This document shows, piece after piece, positions 24,960 to 37,964 of a DNA stretch of 64,000 nt (its first letter is position 1; the number at the start of each line of letters is the position of its first letter). The stretch covers positions 202,358,221-202,422,220 of the forward strand of contig NC_133618.1 of the NCBI RefSeq assembly GCF_048593235.1, in the 5' to 3' direction. Position numbers and translations under genes: made by a program. The notes below the pieces were generated by a model that ran no database searches, had not been told where the DNA came from, and saw nothing but the letters and a program-made list of their open reading frames with translations. The DNA is from Sminthopsis crassicaudata (taxonomy: Eukaryota).

Positions 24960-25108
24960 NNNNNNNNNNNNNNNNNNNNNNNNNNNNNNNNNNNNNNNNN
25001 NNNNNNNNNNNNNNNNNNNNNNNNNNNNNNNNNNNNNNNNNNNNNNNNNNNNNNNNNNNNNNNNNNNNNNNNNNNNNNNNNNNNNNNNNNNNNNNNNNNN
25101 NNNNNNNN
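24960..25108. other. Assembly gap (149 N)
   Basis: Run of N. Confidence 1.
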
Positions 25109-26089
25109 ATCATAGGCATTTCAACTCAGATTAATAGTATTTCTAGAGCTTGACATTATCATTAAAGAGACATTCAGTGATTTTTTTTAATCATGAGATT
25201 GAAATTATTTTTAAAATTTGAATTTCCTGAAGATTTGCCAATGGAGCCCTGAAACCATTTTTCTTCTTCTGGAGGCTTTCAAAAACATACAGGTAGCCAG
25301 CATTTATAGTGTTAATGCTGCTCTGATGTCTTCTTCCTGGCTGTTCATACAGTGGGCAGCCCCTTATGCTTGGACAGTGAAGTTATTGTCCATCTCCACT
25401 GAATAAACAGTATTTGGGGCCTATTATTTCACATAATGATTGTCATGTAACTCAATAAAACTAAATGCTTTATTTGTGCTACTGCCTGACCGTGTATTTC
25501 CTTAACAACACAACATCATTGTGTGCCTGAGGAAACAGCTGCATGAGACAGGCAAGGGATGACACATACTTGGAATTTTCTCCCTCTCACAGCCATGTTT
25601 TTGATGAATATCCCATGGAATGAATAAAATCACTCTGCTGTAAATGGTGGGCAGGTGCTCTCCAGCTGCATTCCCAATGTGGGGAGCAAACCTTGGGACA
25701 GCCTATCTATTGCCCCATTGCCTCAGCAACTGAGCCAGGGGTGAGTTTGTTGAGATTAGGCCTGGCCAGAAAGGAAATACTACAACAGATAGCTGATGCA
25801 GCAACTCCTACTCTAACCCCCACTCATGAAATAAGCCCATTTCATCCTTTTCTTGTCTTTATTGGTCTAATAATTCTGTAGGGAGAGTTTTATCTTTAAA
25901 TACCCAGGTATACCACTATTACTTTAAAAATCAGTAGTTTCTGAACACAGATTGTTGTAGAGACACATGGTTAAATTACAATAGGGACTCATATTTTTAT
26001 ATGCTAGTTACAATAAACTCTGGAATTATAAAGAAAGGTAAAAATATGGTGCTTTTACTTAAGGAGTTCACATTCTAACGGAAAAAAGA

Positions 26090-26300
26090 CTATGCAAATA
26101 ATTGTGTACGTAAGTATAATTTTGCAAATAAGAAACTATGGTTCAGAAAGGTGAGATGATTTGCCCAAAGCTAATGTCCAAATTGATTAGTAACTTGCTC
26201 AAAGTCATGAAGCTAGTTAAATGGCTATGTGGGATTTGAATCCAGGTCTTCCTGACTCCAGCTCTAACATTCTCTTTACCATCCTATGCTTTCTCTCAGT
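26090..26300 (-). mobile_element. MIR/CORE-SINE
   Basis: ggatttgaatccaggtcttcctgactccagc (reversed B-box head) and CORE. Confidence 0.8.
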
Positions 26301-26639
26301 CCTTGGGATTTAGAGTTCACAGTATAATTCAGAACATTCCTTTGTTAAAATAATATTGACTACTGTTCAAATGGTACTATATAATATTTCCAAGCACTTC
26401 TCTTACAGCATTTGTATAAAATATAGAATATAAGTATTTTTATCATTAAATAGACAAGGCAACAAGCCTGAGAGAAGTGAAGTGACTTGTTCAAAGTCAT
26501 ATTGCTAAACAAGAATCTGAAACAGAATTCCATCTCATCTTCATATGCTAAAACAAAAATTACATGCAAAAGATAAAGCAACTTCAACTATCTTCATGGT
26601 CTATGATAAAAAAAAAATAGAGACAAACTTCAAAACCTA

Positions 26640-28875
26640 GGAACTGATGCTCATTAACTTTGAGCTTATTCAGCACATTTCATCTATCTCCCTCACTACC
26701 AGCAACAAGGTTGTACTAGCAGATCTAAGGGAATGATACAACCCTACAAGAAAACCCAACCCCATCACCAAGGACCCTCTGCCATTTTTCAGGACCATGG
26801 AGGTTGGCTTTAGGTTGTAAGGGTTTGATCAGGTCTCAGCATCCAGCTTGGCTATAGCCCTTTAGGAAAAAGAGCCTGATGGAGTGTTACAATCTGAAAG
26901 CATCAGTGATGGAAAGCTCTGAACTGCTGATGCCAGAGAAAATAGTTTATGAACTGCTATGGCCAGATCAGAGAACTGAGGTTCAGAGGGAGTGGGAGAG
27001 ATCACCAGGATTGGACACCAAGTGTATAAGGAGTTAAATAGCATCTCACCTACCCAAAATCAGGGTAAAGACACAGGCTGATGAATCTTGAATGTCCCAG
27101 TGTGTGGAAAGGCTGAGCCACTTTCAGATCCAGCTCCCAAGAAATCTACACTCAGAGGGAGGAAATCAGGATGTGAAAGAGAAGGGAGGTAAATAGGAGG
27201 GCAGAGACTGAAAAAAGCAAAGATTTCAGGAAGAAATTTAAATTTTTCTTTTAATTAAAGAAAATTAAAAATTAAAAAATAAGCCATTTAAAAATAGTAA
27301 TGACAGAAGGAAATATGGCCTCAAGATCTAGTAAATGAATTCAGGCATCTATGAAAAAATGCTGTAAAATAATGATCCAACACAATACAACAGAGGATCC
27401 TTCAGGAATTGAGGATGACACAGACCTGCAACATATTATTCTTGAGTGATTTATAAGAACCATGGGAGTTGAATTTATGTGATTCACAAAAAAAAAATAT
27501 GATTAGAAAAAAAAACTTGAATATTCAATGTCAAGTCTTACCAAAGAGCCAAAAAAGAGAACAATAGATTGGGCATGGAAATATGCAGAAGTGAAGGACA
27601 ACTTAGAAAAAGAGAAGTAAAAAATAAGAAAATTAAAAGAAAATGTGTTCACTGCATAAGAAAACAAACTGAACTTGAAGATAGAATGTCTCAAGAATCA
27701 TTGGTCTCCCAGAAGAAAATGATAGGATAAAAATTCTTAATACCATAATCAAAGAAATAGCTGAAAAGAATTGCCCAGAACTTCTAACTGCATGAAGTCC
27801 AATTCTGATCATAAGAATGCCAAGATCACTCTCAGAAAGAACTCAGAACTGCAAACTCCAAGACACATTATAGTTAAATTTAATGTTTCAATTCATAAAG
27901 AACATATCAGCGTTTCAGGAGAAATACCTTTAAAAACAAAGGAATAGTGATTCAAATAATACAAGACAATGCCACACTCTCCAGAAAAAGGAGAAGGGAA
28001 TGAAATAATGTGTTCTGAAGAGGAACGTAGCTAAATTTAGTATAACTTAAGGTGACTCATCGTACAAATCGGAAATTATCCATACAGGATAAAATGTGAA
28101 TGTTGAATAACAAAAAACAAAACAAAACAAAAAAATAGAGTTTAAAACATTTTTAGAAAGAAAACCAGAACTGAAGGGATTATTTGTGCCCTGTCCCCCT
28201 CAAACAATCAGAAATTCAGAAAGACTGAAGAAATGTAGAAAACAAGCACAGTAACACCAGCAGAATGACAATAGAGAGATCAGTAAGGGACTTCTTTAAG
28301 TGGAACTTTGATAGAAGTAACAATAAAAAAGATAAACAGCGGGCATTATGAATAGAATCTTATTTCTTGCCACAGTTTAATGCTTCTTTTGTCGGACTGT
28401 ATTATGGGAGAATACATTAAGTGATGAATTAAATGATTCAGAGTTTTTATTTTTTTTACATTATCATAGTATAGTATCCCATATATCTTCTCCTTCTCCC
28501 AGAAAGGATGGGGGGATGAGATAGGGAAGAAAAAACAGTACCATCAATCACTGCATTGCAAAAAGTTCAAAAATATGTACGACATATAACATCTAGACCT
28601 CCTATCTCCATGAAGGGGTAGAATGTGATGTCTTATATATCTTTTCATTTGAGTGCCATTTGTCTTTATGATTTTATTATATTTATTCTTGATTTGTTAG
28701 TTTATCTTTTTCCCATTTATATTGTAGTTATTGTGCATATTAAAATTGTTTTTAACATGTAGTTGGGTCAACATAAAATATATGTTAAAAGTAAATTATG
28801 TATGTGATAGATATACATAAATATAGAATGAGCTATATGAACTGATGCAAAGTGAAGTAAGCAGAGCCAAGAAAA
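26640..28875 (+). mobile_element. L1-derived element with decayed ORF1 and almost no ORF2 (HAL1-like)
   Basis: ORF1p motifs LEDRM (about 27674), IIGLPEE (about 27697), TPRHIIVKF (27855-27881), TFLERKPELKGLF (about 28146-28184). L1 ORF2 C-terminal ELYELMQSEVSR at 28830-28865. The 5' UTR extent (26640-27200) is inferred. Confidence 0.7.
28445..28750 (-). mobile_element. Old L1 3' UTR fragment inserted in the HAL1-like element
   Basis: Antisense marsupial L1 tail pattern ending in tttatattgtagttattgtgcatat. Confidence 0.6.
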
Positions 28876-28892
28876 CTCTCTCTCTCTCTCTC

Positions 28893-28926
<34 letters not shown>
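28876..28926. repeat. (CT)n(TA)n compound microsatellite
   Basis: Directly visible. Confidence 0.97.
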
Positions 28927-28928
<2 letters not shown>

Positions 28929-29289
28929 CTTCCAATCTTCCATTTGTGATCTGATGAGAACTGAGTAGAGTGAAACTATCAATGACCTAATTCTGGAAGC
29001 TATGCATTTTGTAATGCAGTCTGAAATTGCATTAGTTTTAAAAATAGTAAGAGCTAGCAGTATATAATATAGTATCTTGAGTTTTGCAAAACACTTTGAA
29101 AACTAATAATGAGTTGTAGTCATTTAAAATTCCTAGATTTTTAAAAAGAAAATTACTTTTTAACTGTGCCTTCCTCATTTTTTATTTTTAATACTGACTT
29201 GTTTTTTAACCGCTATTAGACTCATATATTATTGAATTTTATCATACTAAATTTAGCCCACTTCTTGATACTGTAAAGATCTTTTTGAA

Positions 29290-29620
29290 TTAAGCACCCA
29301 CTATGTCCCAGGCATTGTGCTTAGTGTTAGGGATACAAAAAAGAGACAAAATCTCTTCTCTTAAGGAGCTTACTATTTACTGAAAGACACAACATACAAA
29401 TAAATATAGAAAAAGCAAATAGAAAATAATTAATAGAGGAAAAGCACTAGAATTAAGAGGGGCTATGAAAAGTTTCCTGTAGAAGGTGTGACTTTAGTTA
29501 GGACTTAAAGTCAGTAAAGTCAGTATGCAACACAGAGGAAAGAGAGGATTCTAAGCATTGGATATAGAGAAAATGCTCAGAACTGAGAAATGGAAAATTT
29601 TGTTTTTGGAACAGCCAGGA
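29290..29620 (-). mobile_element. L2 3' end
   Basis: taagcacccactatgtcccaggcattgtgcttagtgttagggatacaaa...cttaaggagcttac. Confidence 0.85.
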
Positions 29621-29623
29621 TGC

Positions 29624-29791
29624 CATTATTAAAATTTTCTCCATTTTTTTATTAAGTCTAGACAATCAATAAAATGCTAAATCCAGTTCTGATTTGTAAC
29701 ATTTGCCAATTTTTGAGGTATAACTGCTTATTGCAAAAATTTAACACTTGGCGCTTGAAAACTAGTTAGAGCTGTCTCCTCCAGACCCCTG
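29624..29791 (-). mobile_element. MER63-like hAT (Blackjack) non-autonomous DNA transposon fragment
   Basis: Reverse strand aaattggcaaatgttacaaatcagaactggatttagcattttattgattgtctagacttaa resembles the MER63 internal sequence as I recall it. Begins with a caggggt terminus. Confidence 0.7.
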
Positions 29792-29839
29792 TGGCTATCT
29801 TTCCCAACTTGTAACGTCTGAAAATGTTATTACCATCAT

Positions 29840-30200
29840 ATGTAAGTTTTTATCCAAGTCATGGGTAAAATTTTTAAAAATCACATGATCAAGCATAGAT
29901 TCCTGATGGAATTTTATTCCATGTTGACATTGAAACATTAAAAACTCTTTGAGATTCCTATCAAACTAGTTTTGATTCATGTGATCATATTATTATTTAA
30001 TTCCTGTCTCTCCATCTTGTCCACAAGAATAATCTTAAATATTTTATCAAAATATTTGCTGTGAGATAGGGAAATTATATTCAATCCCCTCTCCCACTAA
30101 CCTACCCACACATTGTAGTTTAGTAGTCCTGTCAAAAGGGGAAATTAAATCAGTCTGGCATGACATATTCGTTATGAAGCCAGGCTGCCTCTTTGTAACC
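29840..30200 (-). mobile_element. CR1/L3 RT fragment; a further piece lies at about 29080-29280
   Basis: caaaaggggaaattaaatcagtctggcatgacatattcg is the antisense of CR1 SCQTNLISF.D. Confidence 0.75.
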
Positions 30201-30439
30201 ACTGTAAGCCATGTCTAAAGAAATACTGACCATGTCTTTAATGAACTTTTAAAAATTTTTTAAGTAATTAAATTCCTCATTCATTCAGTGAACACTTACT
30301 CAGTTTCTCTTAAGAGGTATACATTTTCTCTAACCTTTTGTCAAGCCTATGTAGATAAATTTTGATCTCTGAAATCTCAAAAAAATCTTGGAATTTATGG
30401 GCTAGATTTCTTACTTAAGGACTATGCCATAAACCCAAA

Positions 30440-30902
30440 TAATTCTGGATCTCATTGATTGGCTAACAGTAGGTTCTAGTCCAAGCCTCTGTTGGCAATG
30501 GTTTGGACTCTGGTGCCTCAGAATGAATGTAAATAGTAATTGTTTCTGGCCAGAACAAATTGTTTTTCCCCAACCAAATTGTGTTTTTTTGACTAGGTAA
30601 ACAAAGCAATTTTTTTGCTTCATTTCTTGCCTAGTCTTAATCACTGATGAGCATTGCTTCAGTCAAACTGAGTTCTGGGAAAGACCTTAACATAAAAAGG
30701 CCAAGGTTTTCCCCTGCATCTAGGGCCATCTCCAGGATTCCTGATCTATATCTTGCCACTTAATCCAGATGGCTCTGCAGGAAAAAGTGTGGCTGGTGAC
30801 TTTGCACAGTTCTTCCTCATTTAAATCCAATTTACTTGCAAGTGATGGTATCACCTTCCTGATATCATGGTCCTCTTTGAGAATAAGGGACAAACAACAA
30901 GA
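30440..30902 (+). mobile_element. Marsupial RTE-tailed SINE (MdoRep1/WALLSI-like)
   Basis: agggccatctccag...ggctggtgactttgcacag...aaatccaatttacttgca...gacaaacaacaa. A homologous copy lies at 51303-51770. Confidence 0.75.
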
Positions 30903-32799
30903 ATCCATTAGGTTTTCAGTGTAACGTTGCTTCTATTAGCAAGTGAGAAAAGTATATATCTCTAAACACATTGAATACAGAATATAACTCACTTAAAATA
31001 AAATGTTTTATTATTTGTCTTAAATATTTAATTTATAATTATTTTCAACCAAAATTTTATTTATATTATTTGTTGGTAATACATCACAGACTTTCCATTT
31101 TTTGAGAGGCCTGTAACTTTAATTCTTTCAAGACTATGATAGTTCTTTATTAGTAGCCATGTAATCATCACAAGACTACAAATGCTAAAAAAGAAAAAAA
31201 AGAAAAACGAGTGAACTTTTGCTTCAAAGAGAAACTTAGAATCAAAAGTGCTGTAAAACTTTTCAATTTTCTCTTGAGAACAGGGATTTGAGTATCAAAA
31301 ATAGGTTAGAATCTAATATTTTGGAATTAAATATCTAAATTTCTATCTATATTTAATACCTGTCTTATAGGGTAGTTGTAAGTAAAGCACTTGATAAAAC
31401 TTAAAACACTTTAAAAATCTGAGTTACTATTATAATTGCAGTGATAGTAATGATATGGCAAAATAAGGCCCTTTTCCTCCCTTATAATGGGAATTATTCC
31501 TAATTTTTTTCAAATTTTCTTCCCTAAATTGCTTTTTTTTTCTGTTCTAACTCCCTTACCTCAACTTTCCTGTCCTATCATTGTGAAATTTCTATTGTAT
31601 ACAGTCAATGTTTTGATATCTATATCTATGATCTAATTTGAAGAATGAAATTCTTCACCTCATGCTATATGTTTTTTTTTTAAATCTATATCCTTTTGTA
31701 AATTCTTTTGAGTCTTATTACATGAGTGTCAGTGAATCAAGAAGATTATTCCTAATTTATTTTGTACTCTTGCTTCATGATCATCATACTACTTTCCTCC
31801 AACTAATTTCCCTTACGATAGCTTTAGTGGTATTCAAGCAAAATTATTCATTAGTAACTAATTGTACCTTAGAGTGATCTTTGATATTTATTCTCTGATG
31901 ATCATGATATTCCATAACTAATAGCCAAATATTAAGAAAAGAATGTCAAAGTTAAAAAGTTGGGCCTTTGTTTCAGGGAGAACTTTAGGCTCTTTCAAAT
32001 TATGGTATGAAACTGAAAGTGTAGAAAAATAGAAATATGAAAAAAAATGGAAATATCTGTGATAATTTATATTGCAAACTCTTTTCATCATTAAAATGGC
32101 AATGGCGCCAACAGTTCTGGACTCTAATATCACAGTGTAACACATACTGCATTAGAAAATATAATTATCAACAGCACAGACATAGTTGAGAAAAATAGGT
32201 AGACTAGTATACATATGAGCTGTTTGGATTCTGAGGATATGAGTGATCCATATTCAATTTCAAGATATCTGGAAAAAAAGAATAATTTCTAATGCTCTAA
32301 AATGAAATATTATTACCTAAAAAAAAGCAAGAGATAGAATGTCAACTGACCCTTTGCCTACTTTTCGCTCTATACAAAGTCTTTACAAGAATAATTTATA
32401 CAGATATTATGGTAATTTTTTATATGAGAAGAAAAATTTTATTAATCATAAAGAGGATACCATTCTCATAGTACTTTAAACTTTGAAAATAATGCCTAAT
32501 TTTTTAACTAATGCAATTTCAAAAATTAATCTGTTGTTGGTAGGGATTGTTATTTGTGAGAGAGACAGAATGACGTAATGGAAAGACAGTTGTCCAGGAT
32601 CTGGATCTGGCTTCAAGTCCTGACTGAATCATTTCCAGGCTATGTATTTAACCTTGCATTGTTCTAGGTAAATTTAAGGCTACAAGTTGAAAAAAAATTG
32701 ATTTGTACTGGTAGATTGCTCAAATGGAAATTCCCTCTACCAATGAAATCACAAATCAAATTTCTATTATTTAAGTTTTCCATCCTCAAAGAAGGCCAG

Positions 32800-32980
32800 A
32801 TAGGTATCATAGGAGATCGAGGATTGGGCATGAAGTCAGGTAGACTCATGTTCCTGAATTCAAATCTGGGCACACTAATAGTGTGACCCTGGGCGAGTCA
32901 CTTACCCCTCTCTGCCCCAATTTCATGATCTATAAAATGAGTTATACAAGGAAATGGCAAATGGCTCTAGGGTGTTTTCC

Positions 32981-33014
<34 letters not shown>

Positions 33015-33062
33015 ACAAAGAGTTAAACATTACTAAACAACATCATGATCAGTAACAACAAC
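32800..33062 (+). mobile_element. Mar1-type CORE-SINE with internal A29 run (32981-33009)
   Basis: CORE tgtgaccctgggcgagtcactt, ggaaatggcaaa, ggatcacaaagag and aacaacaacaa tail. Confidence 0.85.
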
Positions 33063-33164
33063 AATCCTCTAGGAATCATTTGCTATGATTGGGATGGTAC
33101 AAACCCCCTTCCTTAGACCTCCCTGGACTGTTTCAGTAGAATTTAAGACTCTTATAGTTTGTAA

Positions 33165-33369
33165 NNNNNNNNNNNNNNNNNNNNNNNNNNNNNNNNNNNN
33201 NNNNNNNNNNNNNNNNNNNNNNNNNNNNNNNNNNNNNNNNNNNNNNNNNNNNNNNNNNNNNNNNNNNNNNNNNNNNNNNNNNNNNNNNNNNNNNNNNNNN
33301 NNNNNNNNNNNNNNNNNNNNNNNNNNNNNNNNNNNNNNNNNNNNNNNNNNNNNNNNNNNNNNNNNNNNN
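33165..33369. other. Assembly gap (205 N)
   Basis: Run of N. Confidence 1.
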
Positions 33370-34126
33370 CCTCTGGTATCAAGCATGGGACTTTTAAGAT
33401 AATAATAATTAATGCTCATTAGTTGCATTATCATTGAATTTATCTAAGACATGTTATGTCTGAATTTCCATTGTATTCAAGGAAATAACAGTCCACCTCA
33501 GGAAATAGGCTTAGGAGATCATGGCACTCAGATCTAGATAGGATTTATGAAGTCATCTGAAACTATTCCCATTTCAAAAAATAGGAAACAGACCCAGAGA
33601 TAATTGACTTGTCCATCTTCCTTAGACTAGATGATAGAGCCAGAAGGTGAACTCAAACTCTCTAATGCTACCTCCATTGCTCTTTTAACTACATAGCACT
33701 ATCTCTCTTGGAACCTCAGTTCTCTTTTTTAAAACGAGAGAGGTTCACCTAAATTTCTCTAAAGTCACTTCCTATGCTCAATTCTTTGTGCAAGGAAATG
33801 AAACAAGATCAGGGGAGAGGCATTCGTTATAAGTTGCCTCTTATAAGTAGCAACATTTTGTAGGGAGGAAAATAATTTGAATCCTGAATTTTTAATCCTG
33901 ACTTTCACATATTAGTTTTAGTGATCACACAGATATAATTCCATCTCTTTGGGCCTCAATATTCTCTTTTAAAATGTTGGAGTTAAACCTGATCAAGTCT
34001 AAGGTTTTTTCTAGCTTTACAACCTATGATTTGAAGGTGTAAGGCTAGATTTAACTACAAACTACACAGCATGATTTCCATTATGCCATTTCTCCAGTAG
34101 ATGGGGCTCTAGGATTTTACTATTCT

Positions 34127-34362
34127 NNNNNNNNNNNNNNNNNNNNNNNNNNNNNNNNNNNNNNNNNNNNNNNNNNNNNNNNNNNNNNNNNNNNNNNNNN
34201 NNNNNNNNNNNNNNNNNNNNNNNNNNNNNNNNNNNNNNNNNNNNNNNNNNNNNNNNNNNNNNNNNNNNNNNNNNNNNNNNNNNNNNNNNNNNNNNNNNNN
34301 NNNNNNNNNNNNNNNNNNNNNNNNNNNNNNNNNNNNNNNNNNNNNNNNNNNNNNNNNNNNNN
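34127..34362. other. Assembly gap (236 N)
   Basis: Run of N. Confidence 1.
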
Positions 34363-34602
34363 TCCTTCTCTACCTCTTCCTCCTGTTCCTGTTCTTTCCT
34401 TCCTCTCTCCATCTTCATTTCCATCCCTTTCCCTCTTCCTCTTCCTCTTCCAGTCTGTCTCCCTCCCTCTCCTTCCCTTCCTCTCTTCCTCCCTCTCCCT
34501 CTTTCCTTTCCTCTTTCCTTCTCTTTTCCTCTTTCTTTCCCTTCCTCCCTTCCTTCCTCCCTCCCTCCATTCTTCTCTGTCTCTCTTTGTCTCTGTCTCT
34601 CC
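34363..34602. repeat. Polypyrimidine (CT-rich) low-complexity tract abutting the gap
   Basis: About 240 bp almost entirely C/T. Source of the E/G/R/K-rich spurious ORFs. Confidence 0.97.
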
Positions 34603-35329
34603 CCAGAAGAATCCAAATTAGACAAACTTGTATAGATAGAGAATACAGAATGGTCCTTATAGTCTTGAAGGCCAAGAAAACAGCTTGGTTCAAATCTGAC
34701 TGGCTCTCTCAGTGTGACCATGAGCAAGTCACAACTTCCTTGTTAGTCAGTTTCCCTCCTTGGCAAAGTTGGGTTTTATTAAGGGTATTCAGAATTCTCT
34801 TCTAGGATCTCTTTTGTTTTTATTTTTAAATTAATCTTAAGCATACTAATTAGGAGATTGATATATAATTTTTAAGTTATAACTATAACCTAGGCAATGA
34901 GAGTTTGAACAAATGATTTGGCAAAGATGACATAGCATGTATATATCAAAAGAAAGTTTTTGATTCTAGTTCTTATCAGTACTTTTCACACTTTTTCATC
35001 TCAGGACATCTTTATATATTTTTAAATTAAATTCATCCTCCTCTATGGCAAGGGCTTATATTGGTTTTATCGGCAAAATTCCATGGACTTTGTGTTATTT
35101 TTATAGGAAAAACAACCAGAAAAACCTTGATCTACCAAAAGGTTTAAGAAAAGGGTAGAAAAGTTAACTATTTCATCTTCTCCCCTTTATAATAGTCACA
35201 GACCTTTGGAAAACATTCAATTATTTATATGAGACTTTTATGTACTTTATTACGTTATAAACCAGGGGCAACAGTTTGTATTTCTTTAACCTCTTTATGG
35301 TTTACAAAGCACATCACAGGTATTATACA

Positions 35330-35750
35330 TATCTTTCCTATTTGTGTCAAGCATACCAACCTTCTTCTAGACACATAAGTCATCCTTATTCCATATTCCT
35401 TCTTCACAGCCTACTCCATACCCTTCCCCAGCCAATAAGTTGCCAAGTCGTACTGATTCTGTTTATACAATCTCTCTTGCATCTGCCTCATTTTCTCTGC
35501 CCATGTAGCCATTACCCTCAGTTCAGATACCCACCAACTCTCACAAGAACTTTTTAAAAATCTTATTTATTCATTCTCCTACTTCCATTCTCTCTCTTTT
35601 CCAATCTATTGTCCAGGTAGTTACTAATTTAGGATTTCCAAATCACAGGGCTGACCCCACTCTCTTGCACAAAAATCTTCAGTAGCATCCCATTGCCTTT
35701 AGAATAAAATAAAAACTTTTCATCTATCCACATGGAGCTCTCCAGTGCCT
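35330..35750 (+). mobile_element. L2 fragment
   Basis: ccaataagttgccaagtc, gccattaccctagttcag, cagtagcatcccattgcctttagaataaaata pattern. Confidence 0.75.
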
Positions 35751-37059
35751 AGTTCTTATCTGGTTAAGATGAGGGGAAATCTACATAAAATTGTAAAATT
35801 TAAAATGGAACTTTAATCATAGATATGATATTAACAAACAGGTGGAAGTGAGGAGCAGAACATTCTAGGTAGAGGGCAGAATCACTAAAAAAATCAGAAA
35901 AATCAGAAAATTAAATGTAATATAATAAAAGTAAATGTAATGAGATAAAATTGAGGAATAAATTGGAGTAACATTAAGGCTTAAGTTGCCTTTCATATAC
36001 CACTTCTGAAGAAGTTAGTGATTTGGAGTTTTGAGGACCATTTTGATTTAATGCTTTTCCTGGAGAAGAAAGGTAAACAGAGCATACAATCTTAATCAAT
36101 GTCATGCTGCCCTTTCTTATTCTTGGATACCAGAATCCCAAGACTATATACAATCTAAAATATTTACCACAAATATGGTAACATAGAATTTTTCTAAAAT
36201 TTATCACACTATAGGTAAAGCTAAGTAGGCCAAAACTGTCTGAACAGTTTTTCATCCGGGTGTGTCCATGTCAAGAACAAGACTTCATTTGCAGAAGGTG
36301 TGGTTCACCATGTATGGTTCTAATTAGATTTGAGTGATTAGAAGTCAAAAAAGGAAATCATAGCAAAAACTCTTCTCCTGAATTTCATAGAAATACAAGA
36401 TAAGGATCAGTTTTCATTGTATTTTATACCCTATAGCATCAATGTCCAAAGTTGTTAGAATCTTGTTTCAAGTTACTCCAGGTTTGGAACAGGTAAACAT
36501 AATTGCTACTAAACACAATTGCTACTACAACCCACTAAACCAAAATGGTGTCTGAAAAATTGAGATTGGAATACGTTTTTAAAATAAATAGGGAGAAGGG
36601 AAGAAATAAAGTGCCATGAGTATTCTAAGGAGGGAGAGAGATTACTTTCATCTTGTATTTGTAGGGTGGTGAAGGAAGTATTCAAAGAGGAGGTAGCATT
36701 TATTTGGGCTGTGAAGAATTGCAGTAGGTGGGGGGACTGTGGTTGAGATGTGGATGGGGGAGGCATTCATGCTATAAGAACAGGCACAGAAACTTGAAAG
36801 TGCAGGATATTATTTTTGGATGAGGGATAGGATCCAGTTATCTAGTTTGGCTGGAATATAAAATATAAAGAAGAGATTAAAAATTTAAATAAATATTTAC
36901 TTGTATGTCATAAATGGATCATACCAGTTTATCAATATTTGCCTATATGACATTGAAAAGTTCTTTATACTTAGATATAATTAGATGATAATTAGATTAG
37001 TTTATAACATTAGAATATTATAAATGTTCTAAGTGGTCTTAGAACACAAAATTTAATAG

Positions 37060-37310
37060 TACTATTAGCTCACAGAATTTCAGTGTGTTAAAATATTCAA
37101 AGGGCTCTCCATATGTTGCCTCCTTTGATCTTCACAGCTATCCTGAGGTGTAGGTGATATAGTCATTCCCATTCTACAGATACAGAAACTTATACTCAGA
37201 AATAGAAGTGACTTGCCCAGTCTCAACCAACTAGTAAGTGTCTAGGAGTGATTTGAACCCAGGCCTTCCTGAATTGAGGTTTGGTGGTCTAGGTGCTGCA
37301 CCATTCTCCC
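37060..37310 (-). mobile_element. MIR/CORE-SINE
   Basis: cccattctacagatacagaaac...gtgacttgcccagtctca...gatttgaacccaggccttcctg. Confidence 0.85.
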
Positions 37311-37964
37311 TCTCCTCAAGATATAAATGTAAAAGTTGAAGAAGATCTTTGGGATTCTACAATCCAAAATCTTCAGTTTCCAGATGAAGAAAATGAGACT
37401 TCATTTCTTTTCTTTTTTTTTAAATTAATAGTATTTTATTTTTCCAAATACATGCAAAAATAACCAATCATAGCTGAAGTATAAATATTAACTCTCATCC
37501 AAAGACTTAATGAATTTATCTGTGAATTAGATCAGAGAAGTCAAGGAAAGGTGATATGTTAAAAATAAGGGAAGTTGGGTCATTCAACAGATCCCTGCTG
37601 AGGCAATTAACTTCATAGGTATTTGACAGACCTTTTTTAGGCATGTACTATTCTCTTTATAATTAAAATCAAGAAAAAAATTAAAGTAAAAGATGCATAG
37701 CAAAGAACAAAAAAATGACCTACAATGAATCAAAGAAAAGATGGACAGTCTTGAATATATCATCTATTATTATATATACTTTCTTGAAATGGAAATTTAT
37801 TGTTATGTATTTTGAATTCCTCCTGATGTTCTGTTGGGCACATGACAATGTTTTGGGTTTTTTGTTGTTGTTGTTTTTTTCTATTTTATTTTTGCTTATT
37901 TTATATTTAGTTTAAATAAATGAAAATTTAATAAAAACAAATTTAAATTCTTAATTTTAATTAC

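Noticed and set aside
35980-36085. Strong minus-strand acceptor (ctctgtttacctttcttctccag, exon start 36059)
   Set aside because: No convincing donor follows and the peptides are unrecognised.
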